Shown: one piece after another, positions 1 through 15,482 of the stretch
Position numbering within the stretch: position 1 is the stretch's first letter
Layout of the letters: every line of letters begins with the position of its first letter
NCBI GenBank assembly: GCA_034780895.1
Contig: JAUZTB010000048.1
Span: 38,383,016 to 38,447,015, forward strand
Direction of reading: 5' to 3'
Source: Rhynchobatus australiae
Lineage: Eukaryota
Length of the DNA: 64,000 bases
Notes under the pieces: generated by a model
What the model saw: only the letters and a program-made list of their open reading frames with translations
Databases searched by the model: none
What the model was told of the DNA's origin: nothing
Made by a program: the position numbers and the translations under genes

Positions 1-108
<108 letters not shown>

Positions 109-159
109 TAAAAAAAGGATAAGTAATATTTGATACAGAGTGAAAACTAGAATATTCGG

Positions 160-335
160 AATTGGAATTTGTTTATTATTGTCACTAGTACCTAGGTACA
201 GTGAAAAACTTGTCTTGCATATCGTTCATGCAGTGCACTGAGGTAGTACAATGCAAAACAATACCAAATGCAGAGTATAAAGAATGCACAGCTGCAGAGA
301 AAGTGCAGTGCAGGGAGACAATAAGGTTGCACCAC
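160..335 (-). mobile_element. 3' tail of a LINE (Rex1/Babar- or L2-like)
   Basis: Reverse complement ends tttcactgtacctaggtactagtgacaataataaa; a similar copy lies at 28622-28785. Confidence 0.55.
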
Positions 336-3300
336 ATAATCTAAGGACTCTTGATGGTCAATTTTCCAGAATAAATTCCTTGATGGCATGCACTATAGTT
401 TTAAGGAGATCATTTGGGGCATTTGGGTCAGTTATGGATTAAAACTAAAGAGGCTTTCCCACTAGAATTTTTGATTGGGATGTCATTACTGCTGGCCTGT
501 TGAGGAATCTATAATTGACTGCCAGGACAAATTGTGGTGTTCGGGCCTTAGATTTACTGCTGATCTTGAAGATCTAAAGGTGATCTCACTACAAGGTTTA
601 GGGACACATTAAGTAGGGATGATTACATTGATTCACCAGTGAATTTATCAGTTGAACTGCAGCCTTTTTTTTAAAACAAATGAGTTCTTCAAAATAGTAA
701 TTTGCAGGTTTAGGTGATGGATGTCAACCACTCAAATTTTTTCAGTAGTCTAAAGTCATGATTAAGTTAATGCCTTGTAATCCCTCCTGTAGTTCAAGTT
801 ATTTTACAAAGATGTAAATGGTTTCAGGTGATGTGTGTTTTTGAGTTTTTTGTTGCTATGAAGTTCCCTTTCCTTACAAGTTGGCTTTGCGATTTCTGGG
901 TTATGTTCCTGGCCGTGCTCACTTCTACTACGGTAAACTTGAGAGTGCTGAGTGAAGATCAGCTGTACAAGTAATTCTCTGTACATCCACTCTGACATTT
1001 TAATGTTGGGAGTAAGTAGAGGTGATGTCTACTTGCTGCTAATGTGAAGTGGCCACAGAAAGAACTNNNNNNNNNNGCTTGTGTGCAAAGAAATATACTG
1101 TTGTTGTGAATGTTGTTTTTACAGTAGTATTTGCGTGCCACAACTATTTGATCTGAAGTCATTCTGTGATACCAATTAGCAAGCCAGTTTGTTCAGGGAT
1201 AATTAAGGATAGAGAATAAATGCCAACCTTGCCAATGACATTCACATCCCAAAAACACACAAATGATTATTAAAAAGTGGTTTAAAACTGTTATACAATA
1301 CAGCATCATTTGGATACTGCTTCAAGTGAAACTGCTTTGTATTTGTCCAAAAGCAAACTCTTTCAGTTGTTGGAACTATGAAATAAAAACAAAAAGCACT
1401 GTGAGTACTTAGATCCTGCAGAATCTGGGGGGGGGGGGGGGGAGAGAATCAGAGTTAACGTACAAGATCCATGACTTATCATTAGGTCTCGTGAACATTG
1501 GAATTTATATGTGGGGGTTGTATTTCAAAAGTAATGCAAACTGAAAAATCAAATGTTTAACTGTTAAATTGTGAGCACAACCGTTGTCCATTGTGATGGT
1601 TGTTTTAAATGGTATTTGTGCCAATAATTTCTAAATATTCTGTGGTGGAAATCTATGATAAAGCTCTATAGAAAACAAGACAATGTACATAATTGTTGCT
1701 TATCATTGAAATTGTCTTTTTTTTAATCCGGTTGCTTGGGATCTGGATGTTACTAGCAAGACCAACATTTATTTGCAGTTCTCTAATTGCCTCAAGGAGG
1801 TGGTGGTGATCTACTGACTTGAATCCTGCTGTCTTTCTGGTGAAGGTCCTTTCATTGTGCTCTTAGCTAGGAGTTCTCAGATTTAGACCCAGCGACAATA
1901 AAGAGCAGCAGCATATTTTGAAGTCAGGATGGTGGTGTTCCCATGCATTTTCTGCCCTTATTCAGGAAGTGTGGTTGGAATGGTCTCGGTGAGTAAGTTC
2001 AGTGCACCTTGAGCCACTTGTGTGTGAAGGGGGTAGGAGGAAAACAAAGGAATGGCCATCATTTTGAAATAGAGTAGGTCTGCCGACTTCATTACTGCAT
2101 ATCCCTGTTCCTATTCTGCAACCCTGTCTTTGCTTGATATTAGCATGTCGCAGGTCTAAGCAACTTAAGCTGATGTTACTGAATGGCAGCATCCCACAGT
2201 CAAAGACAATTGCACCAATGCATTTAGTTTGGAAGGTAGTACTTGTTTTCATAAACGGTGTTCATAAAAGGTTTAGTCAGTTCTTTATCTGTACCTCTTA
2301 GGATTAGCTTCATTAAATCTCTCATTATAGGAAAACTGAAGGTTCTTGCGCAATAGTGAATCAACCAGTTGTAATGTTTAAATGCCACTGGCACTTTACC
2401 ATGCTTTGATGCTGACCAACCTATAGGTGAAACTGAACTGCTCTCAGACATGTTGGATTTTTTTATGACATGGAAGTAGAGTACCAAGTAGCTGGATCAG
2501 AGAGGATCATAAAATTGGGAATAGACCTCTGTCTCTTAAACTCTTCAAATAGATTAGACAGATTGTGGCTAATCTATTCCTCAATTCCATTTATCTTGTC
2601 ATAGGTCTATTATCACTTAATACCTTTCCACATCAAAAATCTTATGTCAGTGCTGAAAGCTCAAATTATCCCAATGTTTGGAGCACTTTTTGGCGAAGGG
2701 AATTTGATTCCTTCTTTCCTTAACATGGAATAGGTGCCTTTTTAATTTTATTTCTGAATGGCCAACTGCTAATTTTAAGATTGTCACCTCATTTTTGATG
2801 GCCCCCGCTGGAGGAAAGTTTCTCTCTTCTATTGAGCCCTTTTAGCATTTCAGTTAGACCACCTCCCAATCTTCTTGGTTCCAAGCTCTACTTGACAAGT
2901 TTATTTAACCTGTCCTCATAAATAAATCCCTTGGGCATTGGTCTGACATTTCAATCACTGCATTAGAATTGTTGTGATGAAAGCAACTTAATAAAAACCA
3001 TTAGAATGCTGATCAATTTGGACTCCAAAATTGGTATGTTGTCTGTCGAAAGGTGAGAAAGACCCTACACAATAGACCGCATGAACAGGAGTGACCCTTT
3101 ATGGCACCATGTGCTTGTTCTACCATTCAACAGAATTATGACTTGATTATGGTATCCATATCCTTGATATTTCTGGTTAACAAGAAACTATCAAGCAATT
3201 TTTTTCCTAACTGAAATTCTGAAAGATTTTAATTTATTTTTTTGGTTAATGGTTATCTCTATTTACCCTACCTGTTTAGTATCATTTTCTTTCTCAGCCT

Positions 3301-4489
3301 GCAACCACTCTACTTAAATTCTTATGGTTACAGAGTGCACTTTACAATAAATGCTGCATCAGTTCTGCAAGTCAAGTGTGCACAGTGCTGCTTATCCAGA
3401 AGAGCATTATGGTTTTGTGAACCTATTCTGCAGTGAGACTGCTGGGCCTTGTAGTTATGGTGCAGTGTTGCTTCCCTGAGAGTAAATATTTAATGCTGCA
3501 ATTGGTTAGTTTTATTTTGGGGCTGTAAAATTTAATTTGAATGGAGGCTGCTTGTCTGCACTTCCTCTTTACACAGCCCACAGGCCATCGTTCTCTATTT
3601 AGTTTAAATCTTCATGTCTGCAGGCAGCCCGCTGCATTGAAGCTTCCTTGTGGTTTTCCATTTACTTGCACGTAATGACTTGTGTAGCAGATCAAACTGG
3701 CAACTTGTTTCCAGTTCTTCACTGTGGCTCTGCAGGTCACAAGTAGCTGTTATATTGTTGTTGGTTTAGAGTGGATAATGAGAGACTGGCCATTCTGTAA
3801 GGACAAAAAAGCCAGATTGTGCTATTCTAATTGGTGAAAGACACTCCTGCCAATCCAGATCAAACAGCAGTTCTCTTCCTCATGGTCACTACTTGTGTTG
3901 GGAGGTTGCAACTAAATTACAAAAGGGGCCCAGTTGTTTGGCTATTTGAAAAAATTATGGACATGCTGATGCTTTGAGAGTATTAATTTTAGCCACCATT
4001 TCATTTCCACTGAAAATATTTTAGTGGTAACAGTCGGATCTGGTGCATGTTCGATGACTCCATTCCACAATCTGTCACATTATGCACCAATACAAGTAAT
4101 GTATACATTATGCATCACTGATATACATGAAAGAAAAACTTCTATTTATAAAGAAACTTTAATGATTTTGAAGTGCGAAAGTGGTTTCGATATAGGACAT
4201 AGGGTAACAAAATAGTGCACAGTAAGATTCCACAAAAGGAAGCATTGAAAGAAAATACAAGCACTCAGCATGTTGGGCAGCAACTGTAGAATGAGGAACT
4301 GAATTAATATTTCAGTTTGAACACTTTCAGCATATGGAGCTTTTTCTTTTGATCTTTGTCCACAAACACTGGATTGATGTTGCCACTTTGGCCAAAATAC
4401 CAGGAAAATCTCCCTTGCTGTTTAATATTGCATGTCAAAGCTCAACAGCCACTTGAGAGATAAGGCTGCTTAACATAATAAAAGTACAT

Positions 4490-4625
4490 GATCTACTGAG
4501 CAGCAGGGCAAAGGGATAGTTGACATTTTCGGTCCCTTTGCCTCTGCAGATGCTGCCTGACCTGCTGAGTTCCTCCAGCAGTTTATGTTCCAAATTCCAG
4601 CACCTACAGGCTCTTGTGTCTCCGC
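4490..4625 (+). mobile_element. Penelope-like element terminal fragment
   Basis: cagatgctgcctgacctgctgagttcctccagca core, repeated many times in this window. Confidence 0.7.
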
Positions 4626-4859
4626 CCTTTTCTCCTTCCTCACTTGGCCTATGATAAAGTAGGCACTCTACCAGATAGAGCAGTTTTGGTAAGGGAAGCC
4701 TCAATTATCACTTAGTGATTTTTCGGTCATAATTTCCTGAATTCCAGTCACAGGATAAGACTTTCTGGTGAAATTTTATGGGGGAAGCCACGCACATTGG
4801 AGGTTCAAGATAATTAATGCTCCTAACATATCAACTAAAATTAGTTATTGATGGGATGA

Positions 4860-5000
<141 letters not shown>

Positions 5001-5959
5001 TGAAATAACCCAATTACTTTAATATGTGAGTAAGAAAAATGTGTACAATTTTCCCTTTTACAGCAAGAATTAAAATCTCGTGGGCAATGCATTTTCTGAT
5101 TTCTGTAAATCAAAGAAGGCATTAAACACAAGCAGTGTTCAAATTATTTAAGCGTTTTCACATTCCACTCTTTGAGCTATAGCTGTGGTATTAGAGCTTT
5201 CAAATCCTGTAATGTTTGGAATTTTCTTTGTTTTGGAACGGGTGTTGTAAGTTGAGCTATATTTTGCAATCTACATTAGTTTTTATGTTCTTCAACTTTA
5301 GTTCTAGTTTTGGTAGTCTGAAACAATATGTGTTGCTATTTTATTTCTTTGACTGATTTCCTCAGTAATGAGGTTCCTGATCTAGGTTATATAATTTGCA
5401 GTATACGACTGAATGGGGAAAATTGGCAAAATGTTTNNNNNNNNNNNNNNNNNNNNNNNNNNNNNNNNNNNNNNNNNNNNNNNNNNNNNNNNNNNNNNNN
5501 NNNNNNNNNNNNNNNNNNNNNNNNNNNNNNNNNNNNTCCCAATTTTTGCACAAGGTCACATTTTATTTCATTAGTGAAGAAAAATTGAGTTTTTAGCCAG
5601 AGTGAAAGGGTTGGGAATTGGGTTAAATCAAAATTCCTACTGATAAACCAGCCAAGGAAACATTTTGTTTTAAGTAATACACAGGGAATGAGAAACTGTT
5701 GCCTTTGATTTATGTTGAACATGTTTTGGAGATGCACTTATTGGAATCAAGAATAATTCTACGAAAACAGTAAATGATGGACTGTGACAGATAAGGTTTG
5801 AGGGATTTTTCAGTGTAAATTCCTTTGTAAGGCTTAATAGAGACCATTAAATCAACTTGGATGAAATGTAGATTAATATATCTAATTTTAAAGAAAAATG
5901 CTATTACCCATATAAAGCTGATATCCAAAATTTCTCTTGGGGCTGTGTTTTACTCGTGC

Positions 5960-6720
5960 AAGGATGTTCCTGTTGCTGGCAGGAGCATTTATTGGCCGCC
6001 TTGGAGGAGGTGATGGTGGTGACCTACCACTTCAAACAGCTGCATTGCAGATAAAGGTGCTACTACACTGTTAGTGAAGTTGCAGGATTTTGGCCTGTGA
6101 GTGATTGGTGGTGCTATCAATTATGATGGTGTGTGATTCGAAGGTGGCAGTGTTCCCTCGCCCTGCTGCATTTACCTTAAAGGGTAGAGATTATGGGTTT
6201 ACAAGTACTTTTGGAAGCATTAGTGAGTTATTGCCAATCAGCCATTCTGCAACTGATTGAGGGAATGACTGCTTAAGCTAGAGACTGGGCTGCTGATCAA
6301 GCAAGCTGTTTAGTCTGGGATGGTGTCACACTTCTTGAGTATGGATGGGAATTGCATTCATCAAGAGGAGTACATTTCTGATTTTTGTTTTGGCTCATGG
6401 ATGGTGGAAAATCTTTGAGAAGTCAGGTGATAGTCACTTGCTAATCTGCTTGTTTAGTCAGGGTATTTATCTGGCCAGTGTAGTTAAATTGTTGGTCAAC
6501 AGATGTTGCTGAAATGCACCGCTGATGTCCATCATCAAGGGGAGGTTGTTATCTTTTGGAAATGGTAGCTGCTGCTACCTGTGGTGCAGATGTTTCTTAC
6601 CATGTTGGCCCAGTCTTGAATGTTCTTCGAAGATTTGGAAATGGAGCTGAATGCTGCAAAAATCCCCACATTTGGCTTTATGATGAAGTGAAGGCTATTG
6701 AAGGTGGAGGTTCATTGAAA
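5960..6720 (-). mobile_element. Old non-LTR LINE fragment (CR1/L2-group family with a tail like AATAAATGCTGGCCTTGCCAG..CCCACATCCC)
   Basis: Starts gcatttattggccgccttggaggaggtgatggtg; related segments at 1735-1960 (-), 48830-49280 (-), 40570-41290 (+), 50380-50680 (+) and 61640-61850. Confidence 0.55.
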
Positions 6721-8175
6721 GGACTTCATCTCTGTAAGGATGATGGCATAGTGTTTCCTATCAATGCTCTTGAGAATAGATGCATGTACAGGCTGTGGTG
6801 AAATAAGACTATCCGTCAAGTTAGTTCTACCATCCTGATTTAGATTCAGTCTGTCAGCTTTGTGCTGTAGATGCGCTGTTAATGGGGCATTGTTGTCCCT
6901 TGCCCAGAGGATATTATAACGGTGTATAAGAACTTTGCTGCTGAACATGTTTATACAATTAGTACAACACACTGAGCTTTGTATTTTTCTTCATCTAACT
7001 CTGTTTTGCACTAACTCTGCATTTTGTATATACTTTTTTTTTGCACTATTTGTACTTGCACAATTTTTTTTGTTTATGTTTATTGTATGTCTTCTGTTCT
7101 GTGTGTCTGGGGGAAACGACATTTTGTTCCACCATGTGTTTTTACAGCATGGATGAATGACAGTAAAGTAACTTGAACTTCTCTGTCTCTGCTATGGTCA
7201 GCGGTTTTTCCAGGTTGTACATAATGTGATGCACTGGTCCATCAACTGAAGGAGAATGACGCATGGTAATGAGTAGGAGGTTTCCTTGCATGTGTGACCT
7301 GATGCAGTGAGACTGGTTCTGAAGTCAATTTGGTGGATTCTCAGAATTACTTCATGACCCAATACCGCTGTTCCTATGCCTTTGAGATTGTTCTGTCTGT
7401 GGGAAAGGATATACCCAAGAATTTTGAGCTTGGAACGTTCATTGAAGTGTTCAACTTTCACAATTTTGGCATGTCCCCAGAAGTAAATGGGGAGGGATGT
7501 GCAGGGATGGCTGGTTTGTGCGTCTGTCCTTGTGAAATTTGGTGTTGAATTCTATGCTGGTGGCACATTCCATTTTAATACTTGTGTTAAAGTGAGAAGT
7601 ATAACAGTAATTCAACTACCTAAGAGTGGGTGGATGTGCTACTATCTTCATTCTTGTAAGTGAACTGTTATAATTGATATGAAAGTGCTGTAGATCTAAT
7701 AAGTGCAGTCAGGCAGGTTCCTGATCATGGATCATGTCAGTGCTGTACAAAATTCTAATCGACGTNNNNNNNNNNATTGGAATCAGTGGACATGCCATAG
7801 TTGGTCTTGGCACTGGAAGGCCAGGAGAGAGAAGTTGTGTGTGGGAAGATTCAGTGAGGACTTTTTTGCTTTTGATTGCTGTGTACTGATCCCTGCTGGC
7901 AAATGCACTCGTGGGTGTCATTTGAGGAAAGGATTAGATAGTCCATGTTATCCTCTGTGGTCCAGTAGCTCACAAATGCTCTGCATGCAAGCTGGCATTT
8001 GAAGCACTAGAGACTTGGATATGAGAATGGAAAACTGGCAACACTCAATACTGTATCTCTGCAATGCCTATAGAAAAGATGAGGATTAAATATAGATCTT
8101 GGGGTTTGGTAGAGGCTGGTAGGAATGTTAACCTAACCATATTGAATGTTACTTCAATTACTTGCTCTGACCTAA

Positions 8176-8400
<225 letters not shown>

Positions 8401-11279
8401 TGACCATAATTTTTGTTGGATTGTAACCATACTACTTTGGTCTATTTTGCAGTTTAGCACACAAGTAAGTGACTTTGGCATGGAGTAAATAGAAATACTA
8501 TCAGCTAACTGCAATGAAGAGAGAAACCAAAATTACTGTTTCAGGTCAATGACTTGACATCAGAACACAGCAACTTCTGACCAGCAGAGTACTTCCAGCA
8601 ATTTTGTTTTTGTCTTTTTCAGATTTGTAGCTTCTGCTTTATTTGATTTAAGCTTTGCTTTTGTTTAAAATGGTGATAATTTTAATATGTAGATTGTAGA
8701 TGTAGAATGTAGTACAAAAATGTTTAGATTTTTTTTGGGTTTGAGCACATTTTCTTTGCATTCAAAGACTTGGGCCACCCTGTGGGTGAACTTGCATTCC
8801 ATTCAGCTATTATCATGTGAATGTAGTAAACATGGTTGCAACAGAAAGCTCTTGGCACAGGACTCTCTACCCACTAGATATATCACATGCCACTGAGATT
8901 TCATCAACTGTAGAAAGTAAGGATCATGGGTTAGTGCCTTAGATGATTATAATACTGATTATACAGTTGATTTATTCAGTTGAAACCTTTATTTGCTGAA
9001 CACTTGTAAAAGCTTGAAGTTTAGAACCATGTAAGTTTTACAGTAATTAATAATATACAAGGATTATCTTAACACTGACTGCAAAAGTGGATTGGCAGAT
9101 CATCTTGATGCTAGATTCCAATCCACCTCAAATAAATGGGATACAAGACCTGTCTTTTGTTCTCTTGCAAAAAAAAATTATCATAATCAAATGCATTATA
9201 ACAGCTTTAAATCCTAGGCAGGAATTAAATAAACTTGCTTAGTTGATAAATATCATTTCAGACAGTTTCGGGTTTTTATCAGTCCTTTTATGGTCTTACC
9301 ATTGGACTTTTGTTGAAATTAGGACCCAGCACAGACTTCTATCCTGACGTTCTTTCCTTGCACTTTCAAGTGAAGTTGCTCACCCATGTGCACCATGTCA
9401 CTATGTGCAAACCCAAATTTAATGACACTTGTTTTTTTTCCGGATCTGTTTTTGTTTCTCTTTTAAGCCTTGCCCTTCACCTCATTTTTCTTTACAAAAA
9501 GTAAGAAACTTCTTTTAGAGAAAGTGATTTCCAGAAATCTTGGTTTCTTGCTGATATTTTCAGAAACAGATATATTGCTGTTGGTGAATTTACACTACAA
9601 TTACAGATGATTTTATAAATGAAGAATTCATTTGCTTGTTTCTAGTCTTGAGATTCTAGAGAGCAATGAACAATACCTTTCAAACAACTCAGTTAGAAAG
9701 GATTCTGGGCATGCATTTCCTTAAAATGTAAATCCTTTCTTTTCCACTTTATCTGCAAATAATATCTACAGTGAAAAAGATTTTTAAAATGTAAAGCATT
9801 TTTTAAGCATTTAGTAAGAGAAAAGATGCAATTGGAAGCCCTGGGTAAGATGGCTAATTGCAAACTCTCAATGCTTTTTTTTTGCTCATTTGCACCCCAG
9901 TCAGTTTTTACATGAGCCAAACCTGACAAATCAAATGGACAGTTTTAAAAAGCATAACATATCACCCGCTATTAAGTATCTTCCTTGCACAGGTTAATCA
10001 CTTTTCATGCCTTTGCCTTAAACAGGACCTTTGATTTAACTCGAAGGCATTTGCCCAAAAGTTCAGATTAACTTGTCTGATCCAGATTTTCCAAGAATGA
10101 ACAGAGTTTATTGTACAAAAGTCAAAGAATCTCACTCACTCACACACAGAAAACTTGTGTTACTGCATAAAATATCCTTACTCAAAGTAGAATGCCTTGG
10201 AGAAAAATTTTATTTGCCCTTTTTGGTTTTCAGAAGACAGATTTAATTACCTCCACTCTTGTGATGAATGTAGAATATTTGAAACTGGAAGCTTAAGCTT
10301 GGATGTTGCTATTACTTGCTATTGCGTCAATGAATACATGTCACCTTGGAACTTGGGTTTCATTTGTGCAGTAGCATTAAGTAGCAGGAAATGGAAAAAT
10401 AAACTTCAGGGTTTTCTAGATGAGATCTTTTTTATAATCTTGACATGCTATACACATTGAGCAGCAAGAGGATTTTCAACACCATTACTGCCCTATGAGG
10501 TTGAGGTTGTCACTGGTGTGGTGAGATGCACCTGATCAAATAGCAGAGGGATCTAGAGGCAGCATTGTACAGCAGCAATTATATGGTGGTGTTGGTACTG
10601 AATGCCTTGTTGATTGTGGGGAATGGTATTGAGAAAATGTGATTTGAGTCAAACATTTTGATGGTGATCNNNNNNNNNNNNNNNNNNNNNNNNNNNNNNN
10701 NNNNNNNNNNNNNNNNNNNNNNNNNNNNNNNNNNNNNNNNNNNNNNNNNNNNNNNNNNNNNNNNNNNNNNNNNNNNNNNNNNNNNNNNNNNNNNNNNNNN
10801 NNNNNNNNNNNNNNNNNNNNNNNNNNNNNNNNNNNNNNNNNNNNNNNNNNNNNNNNNNNNNNNNNNNNNNNNNNNNNNNNNNNNNNNNNNNNNNNNNNNN
10901 NNNNNNNNNTGGAACGCTGCTTCAAACACCAGAATCTCTGTTCATGTTTAGAAGGATAAAAATCTGTTCTTGGATTACACTTGTAGTCTTCAGTTTTAAG
11001 TGCGAAAGCAAGTGGCCTGCAGCTGATGATTTAACTTTGTACAACCTTAGGATTTACTTAGTTGAAATCATGTTTTGTTTTTCCTCTTTTTGGGATTTCT
11101 GTACAAAGTTTGGTAGGACAGGTGGAGGACTTGTTATGAAAGGTTTGAATTAGATTTGACGATCATTGTATATATATCTTTGGCTCTTTTGCCTGACTTA
11201 GATACATGTGAGTTCACTTTGAACTGCAGATGCTGATCGTATAATCTCTGCCTACACTTCAGTTTCAAACTAAGGAAGT

Positions 11280-11570
11280 CCTGCACTGTCAGAAGTGCAG
11301 ATTTTCAAGCCTGTCTTGTGGCTACAAGTTAAAGAGCTTATGGTACTTTTGAACCACAATGTATTCTCCTGGTTTTGGACATGTTTCTTCTGTGCCTCCT
11401 CAGCCCATGCCATTTGAATGTATAATCATCTATTTCTTTACTGTCAATGGTGATTTGTCATGTGAAAATTGTCTTCCAATTTTTCTATTTTACTTGCAAT
11501 AATTAAATGCAAGTACTTTATAACTAAATCATGTTTAGATCTCCTGATTAGGTCGAAGATGTTACATTCT
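11280..11570 (+). mobile_element. Degenerate Deu-domain SINE (SacSINE1/AmnSINE-like)
   Basis: ctgcactgtcagaagtgcagattttca start and similarity to 42400-42830. Confidence 0.45.
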
Positions 11571-11574
11571 TCTG

Positions 11575-11950
11575 TATCATGGTCGATTCAATTCAATAAC
11601 TAGCTGGATCATAAATACAAAATAGTCCAGAGTTTGATCATTAGTCCGTGCTGAGTTAACATCTCAACTTGTGCATAATAGTTGGTGTTATCACCTTTTG
11701 AGGATGGAAAGTGGACCACTGTTCAGGATCCTTATTCATAATTACTGTCTCATAGTCCCTTTTGGAAAGCTTGTCTGAAGTTAGTGTTAATCAGTGATAA
11801 TCTTGTGTAGCAGGAAAAATTGAATACAGGCCCTCCCCGGATAATGAACAAGTTTCTTTTTTTTACAGACATCCATGAGTAGGAGAATACACAAAAATCA
11901 CTCAATATTGTAATCACACCTCCACAGTATTGTAATGAATGGCACCAAAA
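11575..11950 (+). mobile_element. LF-SINE-like ancient repeat
   Basis: gtccagagtttgatcattagtccgtgctgagttaacatctcaac resembles the recalled LF-SINE core ggtctgtgctgagttagctgatctcagc. Confidence 0.4.
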
Positions 11951-12510
11951 GCATGTAAGACTGATAAGAAAGAACAATCACTAAAAGCGGACAGAGAGAG
12001 GAAACTAGTTCTGCTGTTCGTAGGAATGAATGCATGTCAGCCTTTTGAATTTAATATTTGTACGTTAGAGGTGTTTGTACATAAGTTGGGCGTTTGTGAC
12101 CTGGGGGCAGACTGTAGTTACTGGGATAAGATACCAGAGTAACCCTCATGCAACCAAACCCTGACAAAAGGTAGCAGCTGCAAAAGAGAATGTTCAGAAA
12201 AGATAGTTTTCGAAGAATTTCATGGATGGAAGGTTTGTTAGTTTAGAATTCCCTTGTGTGATAGAATATTAGTGGCAATTGTTTTCCTAAAGGATACATT
12301 CAGCACTTGGGCTAATTGTTGCTATGTTTGAACCAAATCCATGTCTAGGAAAAGATCAGTTGATTGAACAATAGTATTTACTTATCTTGTCTCTCCAAAC
12401 CTTGGAATATTTTACATGGTAATCGTACACGGAAATTCTTTTGAAAATGGATTATAAAGGTTTTGTATCACTTTTTCAAGTGAGACTCTTTAATTACTAT
12501 CTCTTTTTAA

Positions 12511-12726
<216 letters not shown>

Positions 12727-14406
12727 TGACAAGTAATGGCATTACTATCAGCCTATCTGCATTCTGTTTTGTGGGACAATCAGGATTACCAAATATGATT
12801 CAGTAGAAGTAATAGTGCTGATCTCCGTCAGGTTAGGGTAATTAACCCCAAACTCCTCACTGGAAGACACTGCATTTTTGTATTCCTGAAAGTTCATATT
12901 GAAAGATTTATTTTTGTAAAAGATCATTTCATTAGTTACAGCCATCCCCAACCAGGAAACTAGAGTGTTGAAATTTATCATTCTTGGTCTGAACAGACAT
13001 TCAGTAAAGTCATGGTTGATCAGCATCTTAACGTTCATTTTCCCTTCTGTGGTTCATGAGCCCTTGTTATCCATCAGTTCCCTACTCCATTTAATGAAAT
13101 TTCCCTGCTTTCAATCTGAGCTAATTTATTTGTTCAACATGGTGTTATACTCGGACTAAAAACTAAAATTCCATTGCAGAGGAATGATTAGTATGATGTT
13201 ATGATTAATCTGAGGTGCAGAATCCTGAGAATGCAACGTCTGACATAAAGCTTGTTGTTAGTTTGTGGGCATAAATTATGTATACTGGGATTTAGTTATA
13301 CATAGTATATCAAAATTATATAAATAGTTCCAGGAAATGTCTAACCAGTATTATGTCAGTTACAAGTGTTCAAAACGAATTAATAGAGCATTCTTTGCTG
13401 CCTTTTATACCTGCTTGCAATCTTGACCATTCATTCAGTGATGTAAGCCTTGCCTGCTCCTGTCTGTCACTGTGAGGTAAATCTTCCTTCACCTTGATCC
13501 TTTGATGCAAGTGGGTGGTCTGACCTCCCTAAAACTCTGTCAAAGGAATGTGATGAATTGAAGATCTTAAAATCCATGTTGGGTGTTACCCTGCTGGTGG
13601 GGAGAAACGGTTTTGCATTGGTCTTCGAAAAGTCCTTTACTGGGGCAAGTTGCAAAATTGCTATGGATTAACAAGACAATTTGCCAATCTAAACTGACCT
13701 GTTTAGAAGGAAGGTACAAGTCCTCCTGTTCCCCCTACCCCCACAACTTTGGTTCCCCACCGCCCCCCCCCCCCCCAACCCCATTCCCGAGTAAACACCA
13801 GTATCTGGTTGTTTCTTAAATTAGGTGGGAGTGACGCTTGTCTAAATTGTCAATTCAGGAACTCCATTCTACTTGTTCCTTGTTCTTGTTTTGTAGGAAG
13901 GGTTTCTAGCTGTCTAAATTTGCTATTTCATGAATCATTAAAATTCAAACTGTTCTTGTAGATATTAATACTATGATATCAATGAAACTAAACCTGGATG
14001 CAACTTAACTGACAAACTATGACTAACTATAGTTATAGTGGATTGGAATGTTAATCTGATTATCTTAGTCGGTTTAACATTCCAACCACATTGGAACTAT
14101 GTCCCAAGATGAGGTTTTTAGGGAATATAGGCACACCTGGGAAATTGCAACATCTTCAAAAGATTGCACTCTTGAAACCAGTGAGTGGATGGGTATTACA
14201 TTCCATTGAGTATGCAAGAGAGCATTGTTAGAACTAGTGAAGCAATTACTGAAGTTACAAAACTCAGCTAGTTATCTATTGTGGAATAATTTCTATGTAG
14301 CTTTATTTCCCTGATTACACACAGCAAAAATTAATTTGCTATCAAAACCATTGCATTCCTTCAATAATTTTTCTCAGTGACAACATTGTTATTTTCCTCA
14401 AAATAA

Positions 14407-14634
<228 letters not shown>

Positions 14635-14694
14635 TGATGTATCATTTATGTTACAGCATCAAAAATAGATTTAAGTAGTAGCTCTATGTTTTGA

Positions 14695-15078
<384 letters not shown>

Positions 15079-15256
15079 TAAAAAAAATAAAGATTTTCTT
15101 TCTTTCTCTATTTACTGGGAACAGGGGGAATGGATAAACAGAGGCTTTTATCATAGATTTGAATTAGTCATGTCTTCAAAGCTGATCGTGTTTGTGGAAA
15201 AATCAGGATAAATTATAGATGCTTGTACCAAGCTTTGATTCTGTTTTACTCTACAG

Positions 15257-15346
15257 ACCCAATTGTGAAAGACCAATCCCGAATGGGCTCCTGTGGTAAT
15301 ATGCCAACTGGTAGCACTCCAATCAGTTCAGCCAGTATGATGTCAG
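15257..15346 (+). CDS. CSNK2A1: CK2 alpha C-terminal tail exon (YPIVKDQSRMGSCGNMPTGSTPISSASMMSG)
   Basis: ctacag acceptor, gtcagt donor, 90 nt, phase 1-1; not in the ORF track. The tail identifies alpha rather than alpha-prime. Confidence 0.93.
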
Positions 15347-15482
15347 GTCAGTTCCACTGCCATTAGCAACTTGTACCGAATGGTCTATTTCATCTGTTGG
15401 TTGATGTCCACTCAGTTTAAGTCTGTTCTAAAAGTTTTTGTTCCTTCATGAAGTTAATATTATTTAATATGCTTCTGTACAG

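Noticed and set aside
1426-1442. Long G homopolymer (also C runs near 13761 and 33590) as G-quadruplex elements
   Set aside because: Simple homopolymers with unreliable length in a draft assembly; no supporting context.
10536-10951. ORFs spanning N runs, here and at the other gaps
   Set aside because: They are open only because N codons are not read as stops.
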